Shown: one piece after another, positions 9,323-18,573 of the stretch | How the letters are laid out: every line of letters begins with the position of its first letter | How positions within the stretch are numbered: position 1 is the first letter of the stretch | Assembly: GCA_030830685.1 (NCBI GenBank) | Contig: JAURMM010000089.1 | Location: 1-38,203, forward strand | DNA: 38,203 nt | From: Gammaproteobacteria bacterium | Lineage (GTDB): Bacteria > Pseudomonadota > Gammaproteobacteria > Ga0077536 | Direction of reading: 5' to 3' | Notes under the pieces: model-generated | What the model was told of the DNA's origin: nothing | What the model saw: the letters and a program-made list of their open reading frames with translations, nothing else | Database searches by the model: none | Made by a program: the position numbers and the translations under genes

Positions 9323-11083
9323 TCAGGCAGCGAGCTGGCTGGCCAGCTCGCCCCTGATGCGCTCGATCTGCTGCAAGAGCGCTTCCGGCACACGAGTGCC
9401 GAACTCCGTGAAGTACTGCGAAATTTCCTCCATCTCCCGATTCCAGACCTCAGGGTCCACCGCAAGCAGTGCTTCAAGCGTCGCGCGTCGGATGTCGAGC
9501 CCCGAGACATCGAGGCCTGAGAGTTCCGGCACATGGCCGATCGGCGTACGTTGGGCGGCCGTGCGGCCCGCGCAGCGCTCGACGATCCACTTGAGCACGC
9601 GCATGTTCTCGCCATAGCCGGGCCACAGGTAGCGGCCGTCTGCATCCTTGCGGAACCAGTTCACGTGGAACACCTTCGGCGGATGCGCCAGACGCGGCCC
9701 CAAAGTATTCCAGTGTGTCCAGTAGTCACCGAAGTTGTAGCCGCAGAAGGGTTTCATGGCCATGGGGTCACGGCGGACCTGCCCCACCTGGCCGACGGCC
9801 GCGGCGGTTGTTTCGGAGGCCACGGAGGCGCCGGTGAACACACCATGCGCCCAGTCCAGCGCCTCGAACACCAGCGGGGCTACGCTGGAGCGGCGTCCAC
9901 CGAAGATGATCGCAGAGATGGGGACGCCCCCCGGTGCATTCGCCTCAGCCGCATAACTGGGGCACTGTTCGGCCGAAACCGTGAAGCGTGAGTTCGGATG
10001 AGCCGCAGGGCCTCTGGCACGGTCGAAGCCGCGACCTTGCCAGTCGATCAGACCCTCGGGTTCGGGATCATCGATCCCCTCCCACCAAGGCTTGCCGTCC
10101 GGCGTCAGTGCAACATTGGTATAGATGGCATTGCGGCCCAGCGTCGACATGCAGTTCGGGTTTGTCTTCATGCTCGTGCCGGGCGCCACGCCGAAGAAGC
10201 CCGCCTCGGGGTTGATCGCATAGAGCCTGCCGTCAGGACCGGGATGCAGCCAGGCAATGTCGTCGCCCACAGTCCAAACCTTCCAACCCTTGAACGCGGC
10301 CGGGGGCACCAGCATCGCGAGATTCGTCTTACCGCAGGCCGACGGGAACGCTGCCGCCACGTAAGTGGTATTACCCTGCGGATCTTCCAGTCCGAGGATC
10401 AGCATGTGTTCGGCCAGCCAGCCTTCCGTGCGCGCCTGCCAACTCGCGATGCGTAGTGCATGGCACTTCTTGCCAAGCAGGGCATTACCGCCATAACCGG
10501 ATCCGAAACTCTTGATGAGGAGCTCTTCCGGGAAATGCATGATGAAGCGGCGCTCGGGATCGAGCTCTCCGATTGAATGCAGCCCGCGGACGAAGGAGTT
10601 GCCCGCCTCGATGTGACGCAGCGCCCGCGTGCCGATGCGCGCCATGATGCGCATGTTGGCCACTACATAAGCACTGTCGGTGATCTCCACTCCTGCACGG
10701 GAGTACGGAGAATCGTACGGCCCCATCAGGTAGGGGATAACGTACATGGTGCGACCACGCATGCACCCGGCGTAGAGCGCATCCATCTTTCGGTGCGCCT
10801 CTTCAGGCGCCATCCAGTTGTTGTTGGGGCCCGCGTCTTCCGCAGACCGGGTGCACACGAAGGTGAGGTGTTCCACCCGCGCGACGTCACTGGGGTCGGA
10901 GCGATGAAGGTAGCAATCCGGATGGGTTTGCGGGTTCAACTTGAGCAGCGAACCGTCCTTGACCATAGACTGCACCAGCGCCTGGTTCTCCGTCTCGGAA
11001 CCATCACACCAGTGCACAGCATCCGGCTGCATCAGCGACGCCATCTGTTCGATCCACGTCGCCAACTCCAAATTCGAGGTCAT
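9323..11083 (-). CDS. pckG: Phosphoenolpyruvate carboxykinase (GTP)
   Basis: GSGYGGNALLGKKCHALRIAS, AAAFPSACGKTNLAM P-loop, VGDDIAW, NPEAGFFGVAPGT, AHPNSRF; AGGAG SD. Confidence 0.96.
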   Translation of the reverse strand: MTSNLELATWIEQMASLMQPDAVHWCDGSETENQALVQSMVKDGSLLKLNPQTHPDCYLHRSDPSDVARVEHLTFVCTRSAEDAGPNNNWMAPEEAHRKMDALYAGCMRGRTMYVIPYLMGPYDSPYSRAGVEITDSAYVVANMRIMARIGTRALRHIEAGNSFVRGLHSIGELDPERRFIMHFPEELLIKSFGSGYGGNALLGKKCHALRIASWQARTEGWLAEHMLILGLEDPQGNTTYVAAAFPSACGKTNLAMLVPPAAFKGWKVWTVGDDIAWLHPGPDGRLYAINPEAGFFGVAPGTSMKTNPNCMSTLGRNAIYTNVALTPDGKPWWEGIDDPEPEGLIDWQGRGFDRARGPAAHPNSRFTVSAEQCPSYAAEANAPGGVPISAIIFGGRRSSVAPLVFEALDWAHGVFTGASVASETTAAAVGQVGQVRRDPMAMKPFCGYNFGDYWTHWNTLGPRLAHPPKVFHVNWFRKDADGRYLWPGYGENMRVLKWIVERCAGRTAAQRTPIGHVPELSGLDVSGLDIRRATLEALLAVDPEVWNREMEEISQYFTEFGTRVPEALLQQIERIRGELASQLAA

Positions 11084-11302
11084 TGCCTGGGATCTCCTGG
11101 ATATCGGGAATTCTGGCCTTTGGGACCACGCGGCGCGGTCCCGCCCGGCAGGGCAGAAAGGGTGGCCATGCTACCCAAGGTACCTCGGGTTTTGAAGAAA
11201 ATCGGCAGACCGAAGCAAAAGTTTAAACCGCCGAAGGGGCCGCTGCTCCGCCAGGTTTGTCGACCTTGTTCGCCGCTTCAGGAAATCCGCGAAAAAAAAA
11301 GA

Positions 11303-11343
11303 TTGACGCATTGCAGCAATCGAAATATGCTGCGTAGCAACAA
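11303..11343 (+). promoter_or_regulatory. phaP sigma70 promoter (TTGACG-N17-TATGCT) overlapped by two PhaR-type boxes (CGCATTGCAGCA, TGCGTAGCA)
   Basis: Near-consensus hexamers with a 17-bp spacer and an upstream A9 tract (UP-like). TGC/GCA boxes overlap the -35 and -10, matching the known PhaR-phaP arrangement. Confidence 0.7.
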
Positions 11344-11384
11344 ACACCCCGACATTGGTCGGGATACGTCCCAAGGAGCAGCAA

Positions 11385-11804
11385 ATGGAATCGATCTTCA
11401 CCGCCCCGAACTTCATGTCGCCGGAATTTTTCGGTCGCTTTGACGACTTCCGCAAGCTGTCCACCGACAGCGTGAAGCGTCTCGAAGGCCTCAACCTGAA
11501 ACTCACCGAGAACCTCATGAAGAAGCAGGCCGAGCTCATCAGCTTCGCGATGGATACGGGCAACCGCACGGTTGCACTTTACAGCGAAGGCAAGGCCCTC
11601 CCGGAAATCTTCTCCGAACAGGCCAAGCTTGCCAGCGACTGCGGAACGCGCATGTTTTCGTTGATGCAGGAAGCCAGCGGCGTGATTGCAGATTGCCAGG
11701 TTGAATACCGCAGCTGGCTCGAAGATGGCTACAAGAGCTTTGCCGAGCAGATGCAGTCGGTGACCTCCGAATTCAATCCGCTCGCGAAGGCCAAAACCGC
11801 CTGA
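11385..11804 (+). CDS. phaP: Phasin family protein (PHA granule-associated)
   Basis: 139-aa amphipathic helical protein after an AAGGAG SD, located between phaR and phaC with PhaR-type boxes upstream. Sequence itself is divergent. Confidence 0.7.
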   Translation: MESIFTAPNFMSPEFFGRFDDFRKLSTDSVKRLEGLNLKLTENLMKKQAELISFAMDTGNRTVALYSEGKALPEIFSEQAKLASDCGTRMFSLMQEASGVIADCQVEYRSWLEDGYKSFAEQMQSVTSEFNPLAKAKTA

Positions 11805-11854
11805 TTTGCTCGCCACCGCACCCAGCGCGGTGGCCCGAGAATGACCTCCCCTCT

Positions 11855-11899
11855 TCCCTCCTGTGTTGGCGGTCTCCGCCAACCTGGAGGGAGCTTTTT
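11855..11899 (+). terminator. Intrinsic terminator after phaP, convergent with phaC
   Basis: TCCCTCC..GTTGGCGG-tct-CCGCCAAC..GGAGGGA stem followed by GCTTTTTA. Confidence 0.7.
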
Positions 11900-13022
11900 A
11901 TTTCTCTTTCCTCCGCGCGCGCCGGCTCCGGCTCTTCCCGCGTCCTGTAAGGTCCTGGCCTGATCGCGTCTTCAACCATTCCGCCACTGCATTCGCCAGA
12001 AGAGTGCGTGGCCGCGGACTCACATAGATGCCGATATGTCCGCCCGGCAATTCAAGCTCTGTGTAGTCCAGGGTACGGACCAGTCCCGCCAATGCACGCG
12101 ACGAGGCCGGCGGCACCAGATGATCCCGTGCCGCGAAGATGTTGAGTACCGGCATCGTGACGCAGCCCGGGTCCACCGTGGCGGGCCCCACGCGCAATTG
12201 CCCCTTCATGAGTGCATTCTGCTGATAGCAGCCCTGGGCAAACTCGCGGAACGCGGCGCCAGCCAGCGCCGGACTGTCGAAGATCCACTTCTCCATGGCA
12301 AGGAACATGGCGCTCGCCGCGTCGTCATCGATGGCAGCGACGAAATCGGCGTATTTCTGCTGGCCGAGCTGGAAGGGCTTTTGAGCCAGGAACACTGCAT
12401 TCAGCAGTTCGCCCGGGATATTTCCCCAGGCGTCCACCAGCGCATCCACATCCACTTCCCGGAGCAGGTGACTGAGAAGATCATCAGGTGTCTGGAAATC
12501 GACCGGCGTGACCGTGGTAATCAGATGGTCGACCTTGTCGGGATTCAGGGCGCTGTAGCAGAGACTGAATGTGCCGCCCTGACAGATGCCGAACAGGTTC
12601 ACCTTCTCGCAGCCTTGCTCCGCGCGCAGGAGATCCACGCAGGCATCCATGTCATGCGCGATGTAATCGGCAAGCGTGCGCCCTGCATCACCCGCGTCGG
12701 GAGCCCCCCAGTCTATGAGGTAAACCTCCAGTCCCCGCGCCTGAAGCTCAGCTATCAACGAGCAGCCGGGCATCAAATCCGCCATGTAGGGCCGATTGAC
12801 CAAGGCGTAGACCATCAGGACCGGGATTGATCTCACAACGTTGGCGGGCGCGCGGTAACGAAACAGCCGCATCTTGCCCCGGGCAAGCACGAGTTCCCGC
12901 TGCCCATGGGCCGGAGGTGCATCGTCCCACTCGCGCAGACGAGTGGCCGCGCGCACGCGTCTGGCCACGATATCTGCCAGTTCTTTCTGCAGATCCTCGG
13001 CAGTGAATTGAAGCTTCGGCAT
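11898..13022 (-). CDS. phaC: Class III PHA synthase catalytic subunit PhaC
   Basis: VYALVNRPYMADL, lipase-like box GICQGG (Cys), RDHLVPP (Asp), GGHIGIYVS (His). About 374 aa from ATG 13022, 5 bp after the phaE stop. Confidence 0.92.
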   Translation of the reverse strand: MPKLQFTAEDLQKELADIVARRVRAATRLREWDDAPPAHGQRELVLARGKMRLFRYRAPANVVRSIPVLMVYALVNRPYMADLMPGCSLIAELQARGLEVYLIDWGAPDAGDAGRTLADYIAHDMDACVDLLRAEQGCEKVNLFGICQGGTFSLCYSALNPDKVDHLITTVTPVDFQTPDDLLSHLLREVDVDALVDAWGNIPGELLNAVFLAQKPFQLGQQKYADFVAAIDDDAASAMFLAMEKWIFDSPALAGAAFREFAQGCYQQNALMKGQLRVGPATVDPGCVTMPVLNIFAARDHLVPPASSRALAGLVRTLDYTELELPGGHIGIYVSPRPRTLLANAVAEWLKTRSGQDLTGRGKSRSRRARRKEK

Positions 13023-13027
13023 GACGC

Positions 13028-13729
13028 TCAGGCTCGCGGTGCCGGACAAGTATTGAACCAGGGCCCCATCAATGCTGATTGCGTCGACTGCCAATCGGCC
13101 CAACCGCATCGGAGTGCGGACGCGGAGTTGATCCACTCCCCAAAAGCGCGCGCGTAATCCGCCTCGAGGGCTCGTTCACGATAAGCCTGATCCATCTTCT
13201 CCGCCCACCACTGCGACAGCGCATGGACGGAATTGATGGCTTCATCATCTTCCTGTTGCAGGTCTTCTCGGCAACGGCTGAGCGCGCTCTGCATCACCTC
13301 GAGGTGCAGGGCATGCAATTTCTGTAGTGCCTTGCCATGAGCGATCCCCGCGCGGGCCAAGGCTGCCCACCGCGCATGCGTCTCGCGCCCGATCCCGAGT
13401 ATCGGATGGCTCTGGGTGCCCAGCCAGTCGAGGAAGGGTTCGATTGCCGGCAAAAGGTTGATGCGCAGCCCCGCCACCTGCAGCTCAAGCCACTCGAACA
13501 GGGCCAAGCAGACGTCGTTCATGGAAAGAGTCGGTCCGGATGCATTACCGAGGCTCGCTGCCATCGCGCTCAGCAACTCGGCAAAATCCTGGAAGGATGC
13601 TGTCGGGTCGTGACCCGTTCCCTGCGGGGACAGGCCGAAGACCGCGAAGGAATCTGCGCCAGGGCCCATGGCCTGCAGCCACGCAGTCAGCAGGCGTTGC
13701 CCCCCCTGCTGCCAGGATGCGTCATCCAC
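13028..13729 (-). CDS. phaE: Class III PHA synthase subunit PhaE (short, divergent)
   Basis: PILGIGRE and SVHALSQWWAEKMDQAYRERALEADYARAFGEWINS resemble the conserved PhaE core; lies directly upstream of class III phaC. Confidence 0.75.
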   Translation of the reverse strand: MDDASWQQGGQRLLTAWLQAMGPGADSFAVFGLSPQGTGHDPTASFQDFAELLSAMAASLGNASGPTLSMNDVCLALFEWLELQVAGLRINLLPAIEPFLDWLGTQSHPILGIGRETHARWAALARAGIAHGKALQKLHALHLEVMQSALSRCREDLQQEDDEAINSVHALSQWWAEKMDQAYRERALEADYARAFGEWINSASALRCGWADWQSTQSALMGPWFNTCPAPRA

Positions 13730-13744
13730 CCGGCGCGGCCGGCA

Positions 13745-15682
13745 TCAACGTCCCGCGCGATGGGCGACCAGATCCTCGACCACCGCGGGTTCAGCCAGCG
13801 TGCTGGTATCGCCCAGGCTGTCGAGCTCATTGGCCGCAATCTTGCGCAGGATGCGCCGCATGATCTTGCCGGAACGGGTCTTCGGCAAGCCCGGCGCCCA
13901 TTGCACAACGTCCGGCGTGGCAATCGGGCCGATCTCCTTGCGCACGTGGTCGATGAGCTGTTTGCGCAGGTTCTCATCGGCTGCGTAGCCCTGCATGAGC
14001 GTTACATAGGCATAGATGCCCTGGCCTTTCAGATCATGCGGGTAGCCTACGACGGCAGCTTCAGAAACAGCCGGATGCAGCACCAGTGCACTCTCCACCT
14101 CGGCAGTACCGATGCGGTGGCCGGAGACGTTGATCACATCGTCGATGCGGCCGGTAATCCAGTAATAACCGTCGGCATCACGGCGCGCACCGTCGCCCGT
14201 GAAGTAGGTGCCCGGAAACATCCGGAAGTAGGTGTCCTTGAAACGCTCGTGGTCGCCGTACACCGTGCGCATCTGGCCCGGCCAGGAGCGCTTGAGCACG
14301 AGTGCGCCGCTGGTGGCGCCTTCAAGCTCATTCCCCTTTTCGTCCAGCAGTGCAGGCTCCACACCGAACAGGGGCAAGGTGGCGGAGCCGGGCTTCAGTG
14401 GTCGCGCGCCCGGCAGCGGTGAGATGAGGATGCCCCCTGTCTCGGTCTGCCACCAGGTATCCACAATCGGACAGCGGCCATCGCCCACCACGTGGTAATA
14501 CCACTCCCAGGCTTCAGGATTGATGGGCTCACCCACGGAGCCGAGCAGGCGCAGTGAGCTGCGATCACTCTGCTTGACCGGCGCATCGCCCTGCCCCATC
14601 AGGGCCCGGATGGCGGTAGGAGCGGTGTAGAAAATGTTCACCTTGTGCTTGTCGATGACCTGCCAGAAGCGGCCTGCATCGGGATAGGTGGGCACGCCTT
14701 CAAACATGAGCGTGGTCGCGCCGTTCGCCAGCGGTCCGTAGAGGATGTAGGAGTGCCCGGTCACCCAGCCGACATCTGCGGTACACCAGTAGATGTCGCC
14801 ATCGCGATAATCAAAGACGTACTTGTGGGTCATCGCGGCGTAGACGAGATAGCCGCCGCTGGTATGCAGAACACCTTTGGGTTTACCGGTGGAGCCCGAG
14901 GTATAGAGGATGAACAGGGGATCTTCTGCACCCATCTCCTCCGGTTCGGATTCCGCGCTCACGGCAGCGCAGGCTTCGTGATACCAGACATCGCGGCCAG
15001 CCTGCCAAGGGACGCTGCCCCCGGTGTGCTTGACCACGAACACTGTCTGCACGCCCGGGCAGTGCGCGAGCGCTGCATCGGTGTTGGCCTTGAGGCCCAC
15101 TTTTCTTCCCCCGCGCAAGCCCTCATCTGCGGTGATGACCACCTTGCAATCGGAATCGAGGATGCGGTCCTTCAGGGCTTCCGGCGAGAAACCTCCGAAC
15201 ACTACCGAGTGCACCGCGCCGATGCGCGTGCAGGCGAGCATCGCAACCGCGGCCTCAGGAATCATGGGCAGATAGATTGAGACCCGGTCTCCCTTCTTTA
15301 CGCCGTTGGCTCGCAGGGCATTGGCGAAGCGGCATACCGCTTCGTGCAGCTGCCGGTAGGTGATTTCCCTGTGCTCGGACGGATCATCACCCTCCCACAG
15401 GATGGCTGTCTGATCACCGCGCTGGGGCAGATGCCGGTCCACACAGTTCTGGCACACGTTCAAGGTGGCGCCTTCGTACCAGCGGATATCCACCGTCTGG
15501 AAATTCCAGTTGCTGACCCGCTCCCAAGGCTTCATCCAGGTGACGAATTCACGCGCCTGCCGGGCCCAGAAGCCATCAGGGTCCGTGAGGGATTCCTGGT
15601 AGAGCGCGCGGTACTGCGCATCGGTGAGGTGCGTCCTCGCCGCGGCGGCGGCACTCACGGGATAGATCTTCTCGTTGTTCAT
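13745..15682 (-). CDS. acs: Acetyl-CoA synthetase (AMP-forming)
   Basis: [41 protein letters not shown] (acetylated Lys). Confidence 0.97.
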   Translation of the reverse strand: MNNEKIYPVSAAAAARTHLTDAQYRALYQESLTDPDGFWARQAREFVTWMKPWERVSNWNFQTVDIRWYEGATLNVCQNCVDRHLPQRGDQTAILWEGDDPSEHREITYRQLHEAVCRFANALRANGVKKGDRVSIYLPMIPEAAVAMLACTRIGAVHSVVFGGFSPEALKDRILDSDCKVVITADEGLRGGRKVGLKANTDAALAHCPGVQTVFVVKHTGGSVPWQAGRDVWYHEACAAVSAESEPEEMGAEDPLFILYTSGSTGKPKGVLHTSGGYLVYAAMTHKYVFDYRDGDIYWCTADVGWVTGHSYILYGPLANGATTLMFEGVPTYPDAGRFWQVIDKHKVNIFYTAPTAIRALMGQGDAPVKQSDRSSLRLLGSVGEPINPEAWEWYYHVVGDGRCPIVDTWWQTETGGILISPLPGARPLKPGSATLPLFGVEPALLDEKGNELEGATSGALVLKRSWPGQMRTVYGDHERFKDTYFRMFPGTYFTGDGARRDADGYYWITGRIDDVINVSGHRIGTAEVESALVLHPAVSEAAVVGYPHDLKGQGIYAYVTLMQGYAADENLRKQLIDHVRKEIGPIATPDVVQWAPGLPKTRSGKIMRRILRKIAANELDSLGDTSTLAEPAVVEDLVAHRAGR

Positions 15683-15781
15683 TCAGTGGGCTCCGGGCAT
15701 AAGCGCATGGATTATGCAAAGACGATCGGGTTTTTGCCACCGCACCACGGTCCGCCACACACCCATGGCATCGGCATGGAT

Positions 15782-15793
15782 TGCAACGCAGCG
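15782..15793. promoter_or_regulatory. Putative PhaR-type box TGCAACGCA(GCG) in the acs / PAP-phosphatase divergent region
   Basis: TGC-N3-GCA about 100 bp upstream of the acs start. Confidence 0.35.
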
Positions 15794-15842
15794 ATCCGCC
15801 CACTAAGGTGCGGTGGGTCTTCGATTCATACAGAGTCCACTC

Positions 15843-16844
15843 ATGCCAAGCCGGGAAGAAATGCTGAAGGCAGCAACTCATGCGGTGGCCGCAACCTGTG
15901 CGGTCGCCCGTCGTGTGCAAGTCGCTACCGGCCGGATGCAACGCATGACCAAGGAGGATTACAGCCCGGTCACGGTGGCTGATTTCGCGGTCCAGGCACT
16001 GGTTGCCCTGCAACTGCAGGAAACGCTGGGCTTGCTCGTTCTGGTTGGCGAAGAAACGGCGGCGGACCTGCATGAAGCGCGGTCTCACGGGCTACGCGAT
16101 GCAGTGGTGACCGCTGTCCGTGAGATTCGACCCGGACTCACTGCAAGCCAGGTGATGGAGGCCATCGACCTTGGCAACCACGATGCCAGCGCAGCCGCCT
16201 ATTGGACCCTGGACCCCGTGGACGGCACCAAAGGTTTCCTGCGAGGTGGCCAGTACGCCATCTCACTTGGCTACATCGAGGACGGTGAAGTTGTACTCGG
16301 TGCGCTGGGATGTCCAAATCTCGGTGCCGACTTCGCCCTTCCCTTCGACCAGCCGGCGCCGAACGGATCGCTTTTCTTCGCGCAGCGTGGGGGCGGAGCG
16401 TTCACACTGCCCGACGATGCTCCCGCGGCCCAGGCGAGTCCGATCCGTGTGGCAAAGACCGCCGAACTCAGCACCCTGCGCATTTGTGAATCCGTGGAGG
16501 CTGGGCATTCGCGGATCGACGACACCCAGCGCATCGTCGACCGCCTCGGGATCCAGGGCACTCCCGCCCGTCTGGACAGCCAATGCAAATATGCCGTGGT
16601 CGCCCGTGGCCAGGCCGATGCTTACCTCAGGCTGCCGACCCGGGCTGACTACCAGGAAAAGATCTGGGACCACGCCGCAGGCGCCCTGATTGCGGCCGAA
16701 GCCGGGGCCAAGGTCAGCGATATCGACGGCAAGGCCCTGGATTTCTCCCAGGGGAAGACTCTGCGCCACAACCGCGGCGTGGTCTGTGCGGCTGCCCACT
16801 TTCACGCACCGCTCCTGGAGGCCATCGCGGCTCTGCTCCCTTGA
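15843..16844 (+). CDS. 3'(2'),5'-bisphosphate nucleotidase, HAL2/SAL1-type (inositol monophosphatase superfamily)
   Basis: SPVTVADF, VGEE, WTLDPVDGTKGFLRGGQYA, LGCPNL, ESVEAGHS, RLDSQCKY, YQEKIWDHAAG. The exact start codon (15843 vs 15861) is uncertain. Confidence 0.85.
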   Translation: MPSREEMLKAATHAVAATCAVARRVQVATGRMQRMTKEDYSPVTVADFAVQALVALQLQETLGLLVLVGEETAADLHEARSHGLRDAVVTAVREIRPGLTASQVMEAIDLGNHDASAAAYWTLDPVDGTKGFLRGGQYAISLGYIEDGEVVLGALGCPNLGADFALPFDQPAPNGSLFFAQRGGGAFTLPDDAPAAQASPIRVAKTAELSTLRICESVEAGHSRIDDTQRIVDRLGIQGTPARLDSQCKYAVVARGQADAYLRLPTRADYQEKIWDHAAGALIAAEAGAKVSDIDGKALDFSQGKTLRHNRGVVCAAAHFHAPLLEAIAALLP

Positions 16845-16932
16845 AGGTCCGGTCGGGACGCAACCGACTTTCACCAACCCTGCGGGCTTGGTATCGTCCC
16901 GACCAGAACCACAACAACAAGGGAGCTCACCC

Positions 16933-17607
16933 ATGCGCGCCCGCCCGCTGCGACCGCCCTACCGGGTGGTCATCGTCGAAGACCACAAGTTCATCGCGGA
17001 AAACCTGGCCCAGCGCCTCGCGCTGGAGAACCATGTCGAGGTTGTTGGCATCGCCAACTTCGGATCAGCGGCCCTCCATCTCGTCACCCATCACGAGGTG
17101 GATATCGTGCTGCTGGACATGCAGTTCGAACAGGAGGACGGCATCGGCATCGCGAAACAACTGCTCGAAGCGCGGCCGCAACTGCGCATCATCGGGCTGT
17201 CAGTCCATGATGCTGACTACCATCCGGTCGCCCTGCTTGAGCTGGGCGGTATGGGCTATCTCAGCAAGCGTTCTACCGCGCGCGAAGTGCTGGAGGCGGT
17301 TCGGCGGGTGGCAGGCGGCGAAATCGCCATCAGTCCCTCCATCGCCCTGCATCTCGCGACGCACGCGCCCTACCACACGCCCAATGAACAGCTGCAATCT
17401 CTGACTCACAAGGAGGTGGAGGTGCTTGCGGAAATCGCGCACGGGCTGTCTGTCAAGCAGATCGCACGACGTTCTGGGCTGACGGAAAAAACCATCCAGA
17501 CTCATCGCAACAACATGCGCAAGAAGCTCAAGGCCACCACGGATGTGCAGCTTTGCCTGCTGGCGATCAAGGCAGGTCTGATCGACATTCATCAGACGGC
17601 GGTGTAA
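16933..17607 (+). CDS. NarL/LuxR-family response regulator (GacA/UvrY-like)
   Basis: VVIVEDH, DIVLLDM phospho-acceptor, GYLSK, C-terminal LTHKEVEVL...LTEKTIQTHRNNMRKKL HTH. Start at ATG 16933 after AAGGGAG. Confidence 0.9.
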   Translation: MRARPLRPPYRVVIVEDHKFIAENLAQRLALENHVEVVGIANFGSAALHLVTHHEVDIVLLDMQFEQEDGIGIAKQLLEARPQLRIIGLSVHDADYHPVALLELGGMGYLSKRSTAREVLEAVRRVAGGEIAISPSIALHLATHAPYHTPNEQLQSLTHKEVEVLAEIAHGLSVKQIARRSGLTEKTIQTHRNNMRKKLKATTDVQLCLLAIKAGLIDIHQTAV

Positions 17608-17650
17608 GCGGTGGATACGGCTGCCTCGAATCGGAAGATCAGGGGCAGGG

Positions 17651-17866
17651 TCACAAGAGAAGATAGATCCAGTACCACGCGCAAGCGATCAGGGTCAGCA
17701 CACCCCAGAAGATTAACCAACGCTGTCCTGCGCGCACGCCTGCCACGGTGAAGATGACGCCGATGACGACCGTCATCCAGACCGTGAGCGTGACGAAATC
17801 ATCGGTGAGCGGCGGATAGGCCGGTGGGAGTTCACCGGCCGCCAGCTCGTCCGTGCGATACCTCAT
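17651..17866 (-). CDS. Small two-helix membrane protein, function unknown
   Basis: 71 aa with two hydrophobic segments; ATGA overlap with the RidA stop. Confidence 0.6.
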   Translation of the reverse strand: MRYRTDELAAGELPPAYPPLTDDFVTLTVWMTVVIGVIFTVAGVRAGQRWLIFWGVLTLIACAWYWIYLLL

Positions 17867-18249
17867 GGCGCGTAAGCCATCACCTCGATTTCCACCAGGG
17901 CACCCTTGAGCACGAGTCCGGACACGACGGTCGAACGCACCGGCGGATGCTGGGCGAAAAACTCGGCGTAAACCGCGTTGAAACGCGCAAAGTCGGCACC
18001 GTCAACCAGCCAGACCGTGGTCTTCACTACCTGGGTCAGGCTTGCCCCCGCCTCTGCCAGAATGGCACTGATGTTCTGCAGTGCCTGGCGCGTCTGTATC
18101 TCGATGCTGTCTCCGGCCAGCACACCTTGCTGATTCAGTCCGAGCTGTCCGGACAGGAGCAGGAAGTCACCCGCGCGCACGGCTTTCGACAGTGGCAGTG
18201 GCTTGCCGTCGGCAAGGGTCAGGGCACCCCCGATGATTTCGTGTTTCAT
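17863..18249 (-). CDS. RidA/YjgF family imine/enamine deaminase
   Basis: [38 protein letters not shown] (catalytic Arg retained), LVEIE; GAGGAG SD. Confidence 0.9.
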   Translation of the reverse strand: MKHEIIGGALTLADGKPLPLSKAVRAGDFLLLSGQLGLNQQGVLAGDSIEIQTRQALQNISAILAEAGASLTQVVKTTVWLVDGADFARFNAVYAEFFAQHPPVRSTVVSGLVLKGALVEIEVMAYAP

Positions 18250-18569
18250 GCATCACTCCTCGAACTTGGCCGCGAGCGGCCGTGGGTAACTTGTGTGTGA
18301 TCGGTCGCAGCAGCATCGGGCGTAGTGGCCTCCTCCAGCCAGGCCAGCCAGCGCAAGGCGTGCGCCGCGCTCTCGCCGCACATTTCGGGCTCCGGACGCA
18401 GGCTTGCACACACCGGGGGGCGCAGCGGGTGCCCAAAGAGCGCACAGCGCAGCGAGTCTGTCAGTTGCGCACAGCGTACGCCGGCGGGCTTGCCATCAGG
18501 CATCCCCGGAATGGGGCTGGAAATGGAAAGCCCGATGCAACAGGCTCCGCATCCGGGTCTACAGTTCAT
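18246..18569 (-). CDS. YkgJ/YeiW-like cysteine-cluster (Zn or Fe-S) protein
   Basis: CRPGCGACC...GKPAGVRC...[14 protein letters not shown]...EMCG, eight Cys. Confidence 0.85.
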   Translation of the reverse strand: MNCRPGCGACCIGLSISSPIPGMPDGKPAGVRCAQLTDSLRCALFGHPLRPPVCASLRPEPEMCGESAAHALRWLAWLEEATTPDAAATDHTQVTHGRSRPSSRSDA

Positions 18570-18573
18570 GCGT

